64,000 bases of DNA from Oscillospiraceae bacterium (GTDB taxonomy: Bacteria > Bacillota > Clostridia > Oscillospirales > Ruminococcaceae): contig JAZOCU010000054.1 in the NCBI GenBank assembly GCA_045596625.1, positions 29,282-93,281 on the forward strand, written 5' to 3'. Below are positions 16,726-25,675 of this stretch, one piece after another (the stretch's first letter is position 1; each line of letters starts with the position of its first letter). The notes beneath the pieces were generated by a model. It did not search any database, had not been told where the DNA came from, and worked only from the letters and a program-made list of their open reading frames with translations. The position numbers and the translations under genes were made by a program.

Positions 16726-17706
16726 CTACCTGCTGCGTCTGTAATATACCATTGCCTTTTGCGCCACAACCAGATTTGCCATGGAAATTGATCCGGGATC
16801 CGATGCGATCGCAGAAGCCGTGGTGGTAGTGGTTTCCGTTGCAGTGGTTTCCATATCGAAAGAAGACTCACTTGGCAGCGTGGTCTCTATGGTAGTGGTG
16901 AACGGCATCATTGTCGTCGTTCCGACCGCAGGCGGTGTCGTTGATGTCAGTGTTGCAATAGGCGTATCATGCGGTGTTGTGGTCGTTGAGGTATACCATG
17001 GTGTGGTAGAGGTTCTTGCGGTTGTGGAAGTGGTTGTGGTGACAGAGGTTCTTGCGGTCGTTGTGGTGGTTGTGGTGGTAAAGGTTCTTGCGGTCGTTGT
17101 AGTAATTGTTGTTGTGGGAAAAGTTCTAGCAGTTGTTGAAGTGGTCGTAATCAGCGAAGATTCCATATCGGAAGACAGTGTTGTGGTGCCGGCGGTACTG
17201 TCGGATGAAGACGGCTGCACGGTAGCACTTGTCTGTACCGAGGATACTTCGCCGCTGCCGGTGGAATCCACAGTCGGCACTGTATGGCTGCCGAGCGTTG
17301 TGATCCCGGATTGTATCGGTGTCTGCGATGTGGTTTGTGTCGTAGTTTCCTGGGCTTGCGTTGTGATCAAAGAATCCGTATCGCTGCTGTTTGAAATTTG
17401 CAGGGAAGGCAAATTCCGCAATACCAGTGCAGAACCGATCACAACAATGGCAAGGCATGCCACCGCCATCAGATAATACCGTGGCTGGCGGCGCGATTGC
17501 TTGCTCTGTCGGATCCGGGAGTTGCTTCCGACAAATTCAGATGCCGATGTTGTCTGCAAGCCGCACTGCTCCAAAAGACGAGCTTCGATCCGCTTTTGCG
17601 TATCCGCATCCGCTTGGGGCAGCGGCAGATCCGCCAGCAAAGCAGAAAGCTCTGATTCTTCCATCTGATCAAACAGCTGTTCCAGATCATGTGTATCAAA
17701 TGTCAT
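16726..17706 (-). CDS. putative anti-sigma factor, single-pass, with Thr/Ser-rich mucin-like ectodomain
   Basis: Start ATG 17706 overlaps the sigma gene stop by 11 nt. About 95-aa acidic cytoplasmic part, TM segment YYLMAVACLAIVVIGSALVL, then about 230 aa dominated by T/S with repeated TTART(F/S) units. Confidence 0.45.
   Translation of the reverse strand: MTFDTHDLEQLFDQMEESELSALLADLPLPQADADTQKRIEARLLEQCGLQTTSASEFVGSNSRIRQSKQSRRQPRYYLMAVACLAIVVIGSALVLRNLPSLQISNSSDTDSLITTQAQETTTQTTSQTPIQSGITTLGSHTVPTVDSTGSGEVSSVQTSATVQPSSSDSTAGTTTLSSDMESSLITTTSTTARTFPTTTITTTTARTFTTTTTTTTARTSVTTTTSTTARTSTTPWYTSTTTTPHDTPIATLTSTTPPAVGTTTMMPFTTTIETTLPSESSFDMETTATETTTTTASAIASDPGSISMANLVVAQKAMVYYRRSR
17008..17145 (-). 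repeat. about 36-39-bp coding tandem repeat x4 (AGGTTCTTGCGGTYGT core)
   Basis: Copies start near 17011, 17047, 17083 and a degenerate one near 17122. They encode the TTTTART(F/S) units of the ectodomain. Confidence 0.7.
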
Positions 17707-18265
17707 CGCAATCACCTCCCATCGCCTTTCGCAGTTTTTTCTTGGCACGAGAGATCCGCATTTCTACCGTGCCCACACGCATAGAAAGCCGATCGGCAAT
17801 TTCCGCTGCAGTCTCACCGAAATAATACTTCCACAGTATGATGCTGCGATCCGGCTCTCCAAGCGCATTGATGGCAGCTATCAAAGCATTGCAGCGTTCC
17901 TTTTGGAGATACTGCTCCTCCGGAGACAAAACGGCGCCGAACGGATCGTTCTGCTGCTCCTCTTCCTGCAATGCTGTCTGCACAGGCTGTGCGGAATACT
18001 TCCGATACCGATCCACACAGCGCCGTGTGGTCATGGTAGCAAGCAGCCCTCGTACACTTCCTTTTTCAACAGCAAGCCGGTCTCGTTTCAGATAAAAGGC
18101 AAACAATACATCATTGGTCAGCTCTTCCAGTTCATCATCGCTGCAAATGCCGCCGATTTTCCGGCGGGCAATGCTCATCACGAAGCCGGTATATTCCTGC
18201 ACCAGCATCCGACAGCCCTTAGCGGGATCTGTTTTCAGCAGCTGAAGCACTTCTGTATCCGTCAT
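17696..18265 (-). CDS. ECF-type sigma-70 family RNA polymerase sigma factor
   Basis: 189 aa. Region 2-like segment (ELEELTNDVLFAFY) and region 4 HTH (ETAAEIADRLSMRVGTVEMRISRAKKKL). Confidence 0.85.
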   Translation of the reverse strand: MTDTEVLQLLKTDPAKGCRMLVQEYTGFVMSIARRKIGGICSDDELEELTNDVLFAFYLKRDRLAVEKGSVRGLLATMTTRRCVDRYRKYSAQPVQTALQEEEQQNDPFGAVLSPEEQYLQKERCNALIAAINALGEPDRSIILWKYYFGETAAEIADRLSMRVGTVEMRISRAKKKLRKAMGGDCDDI

Positions 18266-18357
18266 GCCTTTTCACCTCTCTTCTCCTGCTGTATCAAAAG
18301 ACACAATACAGCTTATAATTATATTCGCAAAAAACTTCCGCATCCTCACGAATCTCT

Positions 18358-18404
18358 CAAAAACAGCGTGTGATTCCCTCGAAAAAGACGGAATCACACG
18401 CTGT
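18358..18404 (-). terminator. terminator of the flavoprotein operon
   Basis: Minus strand: ACAGCGTGTGATTCC, 12-nt loop, GGAATCACACGCTGT, then TTTTGAG. Confidence 0.75.
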
Positions 18405-18415
18405 ATTCATACCGG

Positions 18416-19627
18416 TTACGGATCCTGTGCCGCTGCTTTCCCGACATAGGCACCCGAAGCCCATGCCCAATCCAGATTATATCCACCGCAATCGCCGTCA
18501 AGATCCAGCAGTTCACCGCAAAAATACAAGCCCTTTGCACAGCGGGATTCCAGATTGTGATCCACGGACTGTCCGGAGATGCCGCCGGCAGTGACCTGCG
18601 CCTGCGCAAAGCCTGCCATCGCAGTGACAGGGAAGCGCCAATCGGTCAGTTGGTGCAGCAGCTTTTCTCTTGCCGCAGATGACGCAAACAGCGTTCCGAT
18701 ACTGCCCTGTGCCTTTCCCACTGCCTGCTTGATGCATACGGCACCAACTCGCTTCGGCACAAGACCGATCAGCAAATATTCCGCTTCGGCATCGGCATAC
18801 AAGGTGATCAGCTCTGAAAGCAGCCGTTTTGCCTCCTGCGGTGTCCGATCCGGGAGCAGGTTCAGCGAAACCGTCATGCGGTCACGATAGACCGCCGCCA
18901 AACGAGACAGATTGAAAATACAAATGCCGGAAAGCGCAGTATCTGTAAACTGCACCTCTCCCCGTTCCTGCTTGCGGATGTTTCCATCCACAACGGCAGA
19001 AGCCATCGCTTGGACACGCATTCCCTTCAGACTGCGAACCAGAGCCGGATTCGTAGGGATAGGACAAAGTGCCGGCAGCGGCGCAACGATCCGATGCCCC
19101 ATCCGCTCCAGCATCGGCAGCAAATTTCCATCGGTGCCATTCACCGGAGATGCCGAGCCGCCTGCCGCCAGAATCACTGCATCCGCAGAATATCTTGCAT
19201 CCGCACATTCCGCGATCCAGCGTCCTTGTTTTCGGGATAGGGCGGTCAGCTTAGTATCGCAGCATATGGTCACACGCAGTCGTTCACAGGCAAGACGAAG
19301 TGCATCCAGCACCGATGCTGCCGCTCCGCTGCTTGGATATTGCCTGCCTTCACTGTCGGTACGAGTCAGCACACCAAGCCTTCGGAAAAAACGCACTGTA
19401 TCAAATTGCTGTAAAATTTGTTTTGCCTGCGGCACTGTACCGTGATAATGTGCAAGCTCCTTGCCTGTATGCCCCAGATTGCAACGGCCGTTTCCTGTGG
19501 CAAGGATCTTCTTTCCCACACGAGGCAGGCGCTCCAAAATCGTCACTTGCGCACCGCATTCTGCAGCAGCAATGGCAGCCGATAATCCTGAAGCGCCTCC
19601 GCCGATGATCAGGATCTGTTTGCTCAT
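18416..19627 (-). CDS. NAD(P)/FAD-dependent oxidoreductase, HI0933/BaiN-like
   Basis: ILIIGGGASGLSAAIAAAE dinucleotide fold and the GKKILATGNGRCN motif typical of this family. Confidence 0.8.
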   Translation of the reverse strand: MSKQILIIGGGASGLSAAIAAAECGAQVTILERLPRVGKKILATGNGRCNLGHTGKELAHYHGTVPQAKQILQQFDTVRFFRRLGVLTRTDSEGRQYPSSGAAASVLDALRLACERLRVTICCDTKLTALSRKQGRWIAECADARYSADAVILAAGGSASPVNGTDGNLLPMLERMGHRIVAPLPALCPIPTNPALVRSLKGMRVQAMASAVVDGNIRKQERGEVQFTDTALSGICIFNLSRLAAVYRDRMTVSLNLLPDRTPQEAKRLLSELITLYADAEAEYLLIGLVPKRVGAVCIKQAVGKAQGSIGTLFASSAAREKLLHQLTDWRFPVTAMAGFAQAQVTAGGISGQSVDHNLESRCAKGLYFCGELLDLDGDCGGYNLDWAWASGAYVGKAAAQDP

Positions 19628-20718
19628 ATCAGCTGGCGGAAACGATACTTTCCGCTGTCTGCACGGATCATACTGGGTATCGTGCAGAACGCTGCGATAA
19701 GAGCAGAAAGCACGCCCCAGAGAATATTTTTGATCAGCTCACCCTTAGCGGGAGAAAACATCTCCGTTTTCAGCATAGCGGGCAGATCCACAAAGCACGA
19801 CCATGCATTGGGATGATCGTCGATCATATCGGCCATTTCCAGTGCATCATCATAGGTCTGCTGCAATTCCGCACGGGTGCAGCCGATATATTCCTCGATT
19901 TCCTCGCTGGTTAATGTATCCATCGCTTCCTTCAGATCAACACACATTTCACGGATCTCGGCACTGCTGGTATCAAGGCTTTGCAAATGCTTGGAAAAAT
20001 CCTTGGCAATGCAAAAACAGGGTGTCAGAAATGCAACCAGCAGGCACAGGAATGCAGCAAACACACCACCCCAAACCGTCAGCTTCCCACCGAATTTTCT
20101 GGCACAATACAGTGCGGTAAATACACCTGCCGCACCGCTGATATAAGCGATATAGCCCATCTCATAGAGAATATAGGTAATGACAAACAACACTACCGCA
20201 CCGATCAAGGAACCAAGCAAAACACCTAGCAGATTGGCTTTTTGCTCTGATTTCTGCACATGATTCTCCGCATATGCCTGCTCAACGCGAGCGGCACAGC
20301 TGCTGCAGAACGATAATGCCATATCATTGAGCATGTACTGATAATGGCCTGTGGACGTTCCGCATTCGGCACAGCAGGGATATACTCTTTGCTGCTGCAA
20401 AAACGCAATCAAAAGCTGCAGATTTTCAATCGCGGCTTCCGTAGCCTTTCGGCCACGAAGTACAAATAAGCCTCTCAGCATTCTGTTGCGGTACTGACAT
20501 TGCGTAACGCCGGCCTGCTGCATCTGCCATTGTTGAATTGCAGCTTCCATATTCACACCCTCCGGCTGATCCACGCAAAGTGTAAAAATCAAATAGTTCT
20601 GCTGTGCATTCCAACACAGTGAAATCGGATAGCCAAGGTATTCTCCCCAGAAGACATTTTCCTTCTTTTCAAAACATAACCCCGTGCTTTCCGCAAATTG
20701 TTGTACATTCAATCCCAT
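19624..20718 (-). CDS. hypothetical membrane protein with cytoplasmic Cys4 zinc-ribbon-like motif
   Basis: CCAECG...CSSC pair, then 3-4 hydrophobic helices, then an acidic helical insert. ATG 20718 after AAAGGTGA. Stop overlaps the downstream start (ATGA). Confidence 0.5.
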   Translation of the reverse strand: MGLNVQQFAESTGLCFEKKENVFWGEYLGYPISLCWNAQQNYLIFTLCVDQPEGVNMEAAIQQWQMQQAGVTQCQYRNRMLRGLFVLRGRKATEAAIENLQLLIAFLQQQRVYPCCAECGTSTGHYQYMLNDMALSFCSSCAARVEQAYAENHVQKSEQKANLLGVLLGSLIGAVVLFVITYILYEMGYIAYISGAAGVFTALYCARKFGGKLTVWGGVFAAFLCLLVAFLTPCFCIAKDFSKHLQSLDTSSAEIREMCVDLKEAMDTLTSEEIEEYIGCTRAELQQTYDDALEMADMIDDHPNAWSCFVDLPAMLKTEMFSPAKGELIKNILWGVLSALIAAFCTIPSMIRADSGKYRFRQLI

Positions 20719-20756
20719 CTTGAGTATCACCTTTCTGTAATTGTAATAATAATCAT

Positions 20757-20785
20757 ATTATACAAGATTTCATCGAAAATTGCAA
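20757..20785 (-). promoter_or_regulatory. promoter of the membrane-protein/flavoprotein unit
   Basis: Minus strand reads TTGCAA, 17 nt, TATAAT. Confidence 0.6.
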
Positions 20786-20793
20786 TATCCAAG

Positions 20794-20827
20794 CAAAAAA
20801 AAGCAGTATGACCAAGATCATACTGCT
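20794..20827 (-). terminator. terminator of the marR-ABC exporter operon
   Basis: Minus strand: AGCAGTATGA TCTTGG TCATACTGCT followed by T8. Confidence 0.8.
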
Positions 20828-20879
20828 CCGTTTATATAAAAAAGCTTGTCAAAGCGATTAAATCGGCGCTCCCTGCCAA

Positions 20880-22814
20880 TCAGGAAAGCTCAAACATTCC
20901 CGTATACAGCTGATAATATTTGCCTTTCTGTGCGATCAGCGTTTCATGATTGCCGCGTTCGATGATCTCGCCCTTTTCCAGCACCATAATCGCCTGTGCA
21001 TTCCGGATGGTCGATAATCTGTGCGCAATCACAAATACCGTTCTGCCTTCCATCAACTGATCCATGCCTTTTTCGATCAAAGCTTCGGTACGGGTATCAA
21101 TAGAGCTTGTGGCTTCATCCAGAATCAGTACCGGCGGATCGGCAATAGCAGCACGGGCGATTGCCAGCAGCTGCCGTTGTCCTTGGCTAAGATTTGCACC
21201 ATCGGCAGTCAGCATGGTATCATAACCCTGCGGCAAATGGGAGATGAAATAATGTGCATTGGCGCGCTTGGCTGCGGCAATGACATCTTCATCGCCGGCA
21301 TCCAGTCTGCCATATTGGATGTTTTCCCGAACTGTACCGGTGAACAAATGCGTATCCTGCAATACCATAGCAAGAGAACGCCGCAGATCATCTTTTTTGA
21401 TCTTATTGATGTTAATGCCATCATAACGGATCTTGCCGTCAGGCACATCATAGAATCGATTGATAAGATTGGTGATGGTGGTTTTTCCGGCACCCGTCGA
21501 ACCTACAAAGGCGATCTTTTCACCGTCATTGGCATAAAGCGAGATATCATTGAGCACGATCTTTTCCGGCGTATAGCCGAATACGACGTGATCAAACTCC
21601 ACATTGCCGTTTACGGGTGTATAGGTGATCGTGCCGTCCTTATGAGGATGCTTCCATGCCCAAAAACCGGTGCGCTCCGACACTTCTTCTATGGTGCCGT
21701 CGGCAAGCTTACGGGCATTGACCAGTGTGACATAGCCGTCATCCACTTCCGGCTCCTCATCCAGCATACGAAAAATACGTTCCGCACCGGCAAGGGAAGA
21801 AAGGATCGTACCAAAAAGCTGTGCCACCTGTGTGATGGGTCTGGTGAAAGTTCGGCTGTATTCCAAAAAGGAAATCAGTGCACCCAGAGAAATCATGCCG
21901 TGAATACCCATAATGCCGCCGCAGATCGCAGTAACCGCATAACAGATATGAGACAGATTGGCCATAATGGGCATCAGCATATTGGAAAAGGAGTGGGCTT
22001 CCGTGGCAGCATGGCAAAGCGTTTCATTGCGCTGTGCAAAGCCTTCCTTGGTTGCATTCTCATGACAGAATACTTTGACGACCTTCTGTCCTTCGATCAT
22101 TTCTTCAATATAGCCATTGACAGCACCGATGGCTTGCTGCTGCTGCTTGAAGAATTTTCCCGAACGGCCCGCCAGTGTTCCGGCAATTTTCATTTGTACT
22201 GCAAGGAACAAAAGCACCAGAATCGTCAGCATCCAGCTGTAACGCAGCATCATGACAAAGGTGCCGGTAACGGTAACAATACCCACCAGCAATTGAGAAA
22301 GCGTATTGGAAAGCATTTCACGCAGCGTATCCACATCATTGGTATAGTGACTCATCAGCTCGCCGTGCGTATGCGTATCAAAATAACGAATGGGCAACCG
22401 CTCCATATGAGAAAACATCTGCTTGCGGATCTTGAACAGTGTGCTCGAAGAAACCTTCAGCAGCAGTCTTGCATAGAGATAAGCGCTCAGAGCACCGCTG
22501 AGATAGATGACAGCCATGATCAGCAGGGTACGGATCAATCCGCCCATTTGCTCAAGCTCCATCAGATTCTTGACAGGTCCCGAAGCATATTCACTGATCA
22601 TCGGTGTGAGATAATCGTCAATGATGACCTGCAGAAATGAAGTACCAATAACCTGTGCCAGTGTAGAAATCAGAATAAATACTCCGATCAGCAAAAGCAG
22701 CAGCCGATATTCGGCAAAATAGGAAAACAATCTGCGGATCGTTTTTCCCATATGCTCGGGTTTTTTGCCGGGGGCGAAATTCTGCGGGCCCCTTCCGCCT
22801 GCCATACGAGCCAT
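20880..22814 (-). CDS. ABC exporter, fused permease/ATPase (heterodimer partner B)
   Basis: 644 aa with a six-helix TMD, then Walker A GSTGAGKTT, signature LSQGQRQ and Walker B LILDEATS. Start overlaps the upstream stop (TAATG). Confidence 0.9.
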   Translation of the reverse strand: MARMAGGRGPQNFAPGKKPEHMGKTIRRLFSYFAEYRLLLLLIGVFILISTLAQVIGTSFLQVIIDDYLTPMISEYASGPVKNLMELEQMGGLIRTLLIMAVIYLSGALSAYLYARLLLKVSSSTLFKIRKQMFSHMERLPIRYFDTHTHGELMSHYTNDVDTLREMLSNTLSQLLVGIVTVTGTFVMMLRYSWMLTILVLLFLAVQMKIAGTLAGRSGKFFKQQQQAIGAVNGYIEEMIEGQKVVKVFCHENATKEGFAQRNETLCHAATEAHSFSNMLMPIMANLSHICYAVTAICGGIMGIHGMISLGALISFLEYSRTFTRPITQVAQLFGTILSSLAGAERIFRMLDEEPEVDDGYVTLVNARKLADGTIEEVSERTGFWAWKHPHKDGTITYTPVNGNVEFDHVVFGYTPEKIVLNDISLYANDGEKIAFVGSTGAGKTTITNLINRFYDVPDGKIRYDGININKIKKDDLRRSLAMVLQDTHLFTGTVRENIQYGRLDAGDEDVIAAAKRANAHYFISHLPQGYDTMLTADGANLSQGQRQLLAIARAAIADPPVLILDEATSSIDTRTEALIEKGMDQLMEGRTVFVIAHRLSTIRNAQAIMVLEKGEIIERGNHETLIAQKGKYYQLYTGMFELS

Positions 22815-24550
22815 TATTCTACCCCCTTCTGCTGACTTTCATATACCTCACGGTAGATGCTGTTGGTTATCAAAAGATTTTCATGGGTATCGAAGGCATT
22901 GCATTTTCCTTCGTCCATGACCAGAATGCGGTCTGCCTCAGCAACAGAGGAGATTCGCTGTGCAATGATCAGTGTGGTAATACTGCCGTGCCTTTTGCGC
23001 AGAGCTTCACGGATCTTGCTGTCGGTTGCCGTATCTACGGCGCTTGTGGAATCATCAAGGATCATGATCTTTGGTTTTTTCAACAATGCACGGGCAATAC
23101 AGAGCCGCTGCTTCTGTCCGCCGGATACATTTGTGCCGCCTTGTCCCAGATCGGTATCATAACCATCGGGGAAGGATGTGATGAACTCATGCGCCTGTGC
23201 AGCTTCACAGGCAGCAACGATCTCCTCTTCGGTGGCATCGACATTGCCCCAGCGCAAATTATCACGAATCGAGCCGGAAAACAGCACATTCTTCTGCAAT
23301 ACCATTGCCACTTGATTACGAAGCGTATCCAGTTTGTAATCCCGCACATCATGGCCGCCGACCAACACACGGCCCTCTGTCACATCATACAAGCGTGGGA
23401 TCAATTGCACCAGTGTGCTCTTGGCTGAGCCGGTACCGCCAATGATACCAATGGTTTCGCCGGAACGGATCGAAAGATTGACATGCTCCAAATTCAGATT
23501 GTTGCTGTCCTTATTATAAGAAAAGGATACGTTCTCAAATACAATAGAACCATCCTCACATTCCAATGCAGGATCGGCATGTTCATCATTGATATCCAGC
23601 GTTTCATCCAGCACTTCACAAATACGGCGGATAGATGCCAGCGAAATGATCACACTGACGAAAATCATGGTGATCATCATCAGTGACATAAGAATCTGAC
23701 CGATATAGGAAATAAAGCTGGAAAGCTCACCGATATCAAAGGTACCTTGGATCGACATTCTGCCTCCGAACCAAAGGATCGCAAGAATACAGCCATACAT
23801 GGAAATCTGCATCAGCGGGCTGTTCAGCAGCACGATTTTCTCAGCAGCGACTTGGGTTTTCCGCACGTCATCGGCGCTGACTTCGAATTTATCGATTTCA
23901 TGGCGTTCCCGTACAAATGCCTTTACCACACGGATCGCAATCAGATTTTCCTGCAATGCGCCGTTCATGCGGTCATACTTTTCCAGCATTTTTTGGAATC
24001 GAGGATATGCATTGGTTGCAATGAGAAACAGCATAGTAGCAAGGAACGGAATAACAATCGCAAAAACCAGTGCCATTTTCGCATTGATCGTAATCGCCAT
24101 GATCAATGCACCGATCAGCATGGAAGGAGAACGCACCATCATACGGATGCACATCATAAATGTGTTCTGTACATTATTGACATCGGTGGTTAAACGGGTA
24201 ATCAGAGATGCGGTAGAATAGCGATCAATGTTGGAAAACGAAAAATCCTGCACACGATCAAACAGCTTTGCACGCAGATTTTTACCGAATCCGATGCCCG
24301 CTTTGGCAGAAAATCTGCCGCCCAAGGCGCCGCAGATGAGAGACAAGATCGAAGCAATGATCATAACAATACCGATTTTGACGGTATAGGCAGTATCCAA
24401 GGCTTGAATGCCGTTGGTAACCATTTTTGCCATCAGAAAAGGAATCAGGATTTCAAGGCCTGCTTCTCCCAGCATTACAAGAGGCGTATAAATGGCATAT
24501 TTTTTATATTCCCCCAGACAGGAAAGCAGTTTTTTCATCATTTGCAGCAT
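22814..24550 (-). CDS. ABC exporter, fused permease/ATPase (heterodimer partner A)
   Basis: 578 aa. Walker A GGTGSAKST, signature VSGGQKQRL, Walker B MILDDSTSAVD. Confidence 0.9.
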   Translation of the reverse strand: MLQMMKKLLSCLGEYKKYAIYTPLVMLGEAGLEILIPFLMAKMVTNGIQALDTAYTVKIGIVMIIASILSLICGALGGRFSAKAGIGFGKNLRAKLFDRVQDFSFSNIDRYSTASLITRLTTDVNNVQNTFMMCIRMMVRSPSMLIGALIMAITINAKMALVFAIVIPFLATMLFLIATNAYPRFQKMLEKYDRMNGALQENLIAIRVVKAFVRERHEIDKFEVSADDVRKTQVAAEKIVLLNSPLMQISMYGCILAILWFGGRMSIQGTFDIGELSSFISYIGQILMSLMMITMIFVSVIISLASIRRICEVLDETLDINDEHADPALECEDGSIVFENVSFSYNKDSNNLNLEHVNLSIRSGETIGIIGGTGSAKSTLVQLIPRLYDVTEGRVLVGGHDVRDYKLDTLRNQVAMVLQKNVLFSGSIRDNLRWGNVDATEEEIVAACEAAQAHEFITSFPDGYDTDLGQGGTNVSGGQKQRLCIARALLKKPKIMILDDSTSAVDTATDSKIREALRKRHGSITTLIIAQRISSVAEADRILVMDEGKCNAFDTHENLLITNSIYREVYESQQKGVE

Positions 24551-25128
24551 CAGATTCCTCCTTTATGTTCTGCGGCACAGTGGACAGGATCTGTACAGAC
24601 AGCATCCTCCTGTGCGATTTCTCTGGCAAGTGTTTGCAGCTCAAGGGGTGTGACTTCCATCGGTGTTCTCCCCAGAGCACGCTCCATATGTTCTGTCATG
24701 CGGCATAAATAGTCTGTGAGCTGCTGCAGCTCTGTTTCGGAAAATCCGTCAAAGACCGCCGCATCAAACTGATCGATGACATCACAGCAGCTTTTCAGGA
24801 CATCCTTACCTGCCTCTGTTAACACAAGCTGCTTGCAGCGCTGATTATCGGGACAGACTGCCGCTGTCAGATATCCCAATTGCTTCAGAGGCTTTATTGT
24901 CATGGCTACGGCAGCAGGCGTAATATTCAGCCGTTCCGCCACATCGATCTGCTTGCAGCCGGGATGCTTCAATATATCCTCCAGCAAATGAACCTGCGTT
25001 CCATTGAGCGGTGCAGTATGCTCTACCTGTCGGATATAGATCCTACGCAAAAAATGCAGCTTGGCAAATCGGCCGAACAACTTGCGATATCGTTCCGCAG
25101 CATTCGGATCCCGGATCGTTTCTGTCAT
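24550..25128 (-). CDS. MarR-family transcriptional regulator with C-terminal extension
   Basis: Winged-HTH core (QIDVAERLNITPAAVAMTIKPLKQLGYL). 192 aa, about 45 aa longer than typical MarR proteins. Translationally coupled to the exporter genes. Confidence 0.85.
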   Translation of the reverse strand: MTETIRDPNAAERYRKLFGRFAKLHFLRRIYIRQVEHTAPLNGTQVHLLEDILKHPGCKQIDVAERLNITPAAVAMTIKPLKQLGYLTAAVCPDNQRCKQLVLTEAGKDVLKSCCDVIDQFDAAVFDGFSETELQQLTDYLCRMTEHMERALGRTPMEVTPLELQTLAREIAQEDAVCTDPVHCAAEHKGGI

Positions 25129-25153
25129 GCAATTACCTCCCGTTCAATTCACC

Positions 25154-25168
25154 GCTTAACTATTAAGC
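25154..25168. promoter_or_regulatory. candidate MarR operator GCTTAA-N3-TTAAGC
   Basis: Perfect 6-bp inverted repeat located 9-23 nt downstream of the marR -10 box. Confidence 0.5.
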
Positions 25169-25176
25169 AATTAATC

Positions 25177-25205
25177 ATTATACTCATGATTCCTGATTCT
25201 GTCAA
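25177..25205 (-). promoter_or_regulatory. consensus promoter of the marR-ABC operon
   Basis: Minus strand reads TTGACA, 17 nt, TATAAT. Confidence 0.7.
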
Positions 25206-25267
25206 GACGAATTTATCACGATATTGCACAAAAAGCGGCGTAGGATTTTGTGCATATTTCCAATCTC

Positions 25268-25296
25268 TTGACAAAACTTGGCGGTTGTGGTATGAT
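25268..25296 (+). promoter_or_regulatory. promoter of the cobalamin-regulated operon
   Basis: TTGACA, 17 nt, TATGAT. Divergent from the marR promoter. Confidence 0.65.
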
Positions 25297-25389
25297 TGTT
25301 GTGTCAGTGCTCATACACTGATGACCTTGAAAATTACAAATCACAAAGCTATGCCGCAAGCAGGATCGCTGCATAGCTTTACATCATAT

Positions 25390-25495
25390 GCAGAGCGGCG
25401 CTGCTTACAGCAGCCAATGTGAGGGAAGTTCGGTGAAAATCCGTCGCAACAGCCATTACCGTAACAGTCGGAATACTCACCGCATTCTGCAACGG
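25390..25495 (+). promoter_or_regulatory. cobalamin (B12) riboswitch aptamer, compact type
   Basis: GTGAGGGAAGTTCGGTGAAAATCCG (25419-25443) matches the conserved GGGAA...GGTGAAAATCC core. AGTCGGAATACTCACC (25466-25481) resembles the B12 box AGYCMGGAGACCTGCC. GTGAG pairs with CTCAC to close the junction. Confidence 0.65.
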
Positions 25496-25629
25496 GAGTC
25501 GGAACAGCATTTTTCAAACGCTTGACCGGCACATTTTTGGGTATGAAAAGTGCAACCGTTTGTTGATCCTAGGATAAGGGCGCAGTGTCGGCATTTGACC
25601 AAGCGACCGATCTGAATCAACAGGCTGTT

Positions 25630-25675
25630 GCGCTTTTTTCTGTCTTTTGAATGACAGAAAAAGGCGTTTTTTTTT
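25630..25675 (+). terminator. leader (expression-platform) terminator upstream of the first ORF
   Basis: GCGCTTTTTTCTGTC TTTTGAAT GACAGAAAAAGGCG followed by T9. It ends 22 nt before ATG 25698. Confidence 0.75.

Noticed and set aside
16781-17476. 231-aa Val-rich ORF on the plus strand
   Set aside because: It is the reverse-frame reading of the Thr-rich (ACN) tract of the anti-sigma-like gene, where ACN read backwards gives GTN (Val). It is not an independent gene.
21021-22640. Very long antisense ORFs opposite well-conserved genes (21021-22640, 50186-51574, 58313-59788, 43354-44466, 1575-2855, 51713-52981)
   Set aside because: Each lies entirely opposite a gene with unmistakable family motifs (ABC exporter, ftsH, tig, rnj, ROK kinase, GH5). 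Their products are low-complexity (H, R, C, I, Q rich), and they lack Shine-Dalgarno sequences and promoters. Stop-poor antisense frames are expected from the codon usage of this genome.
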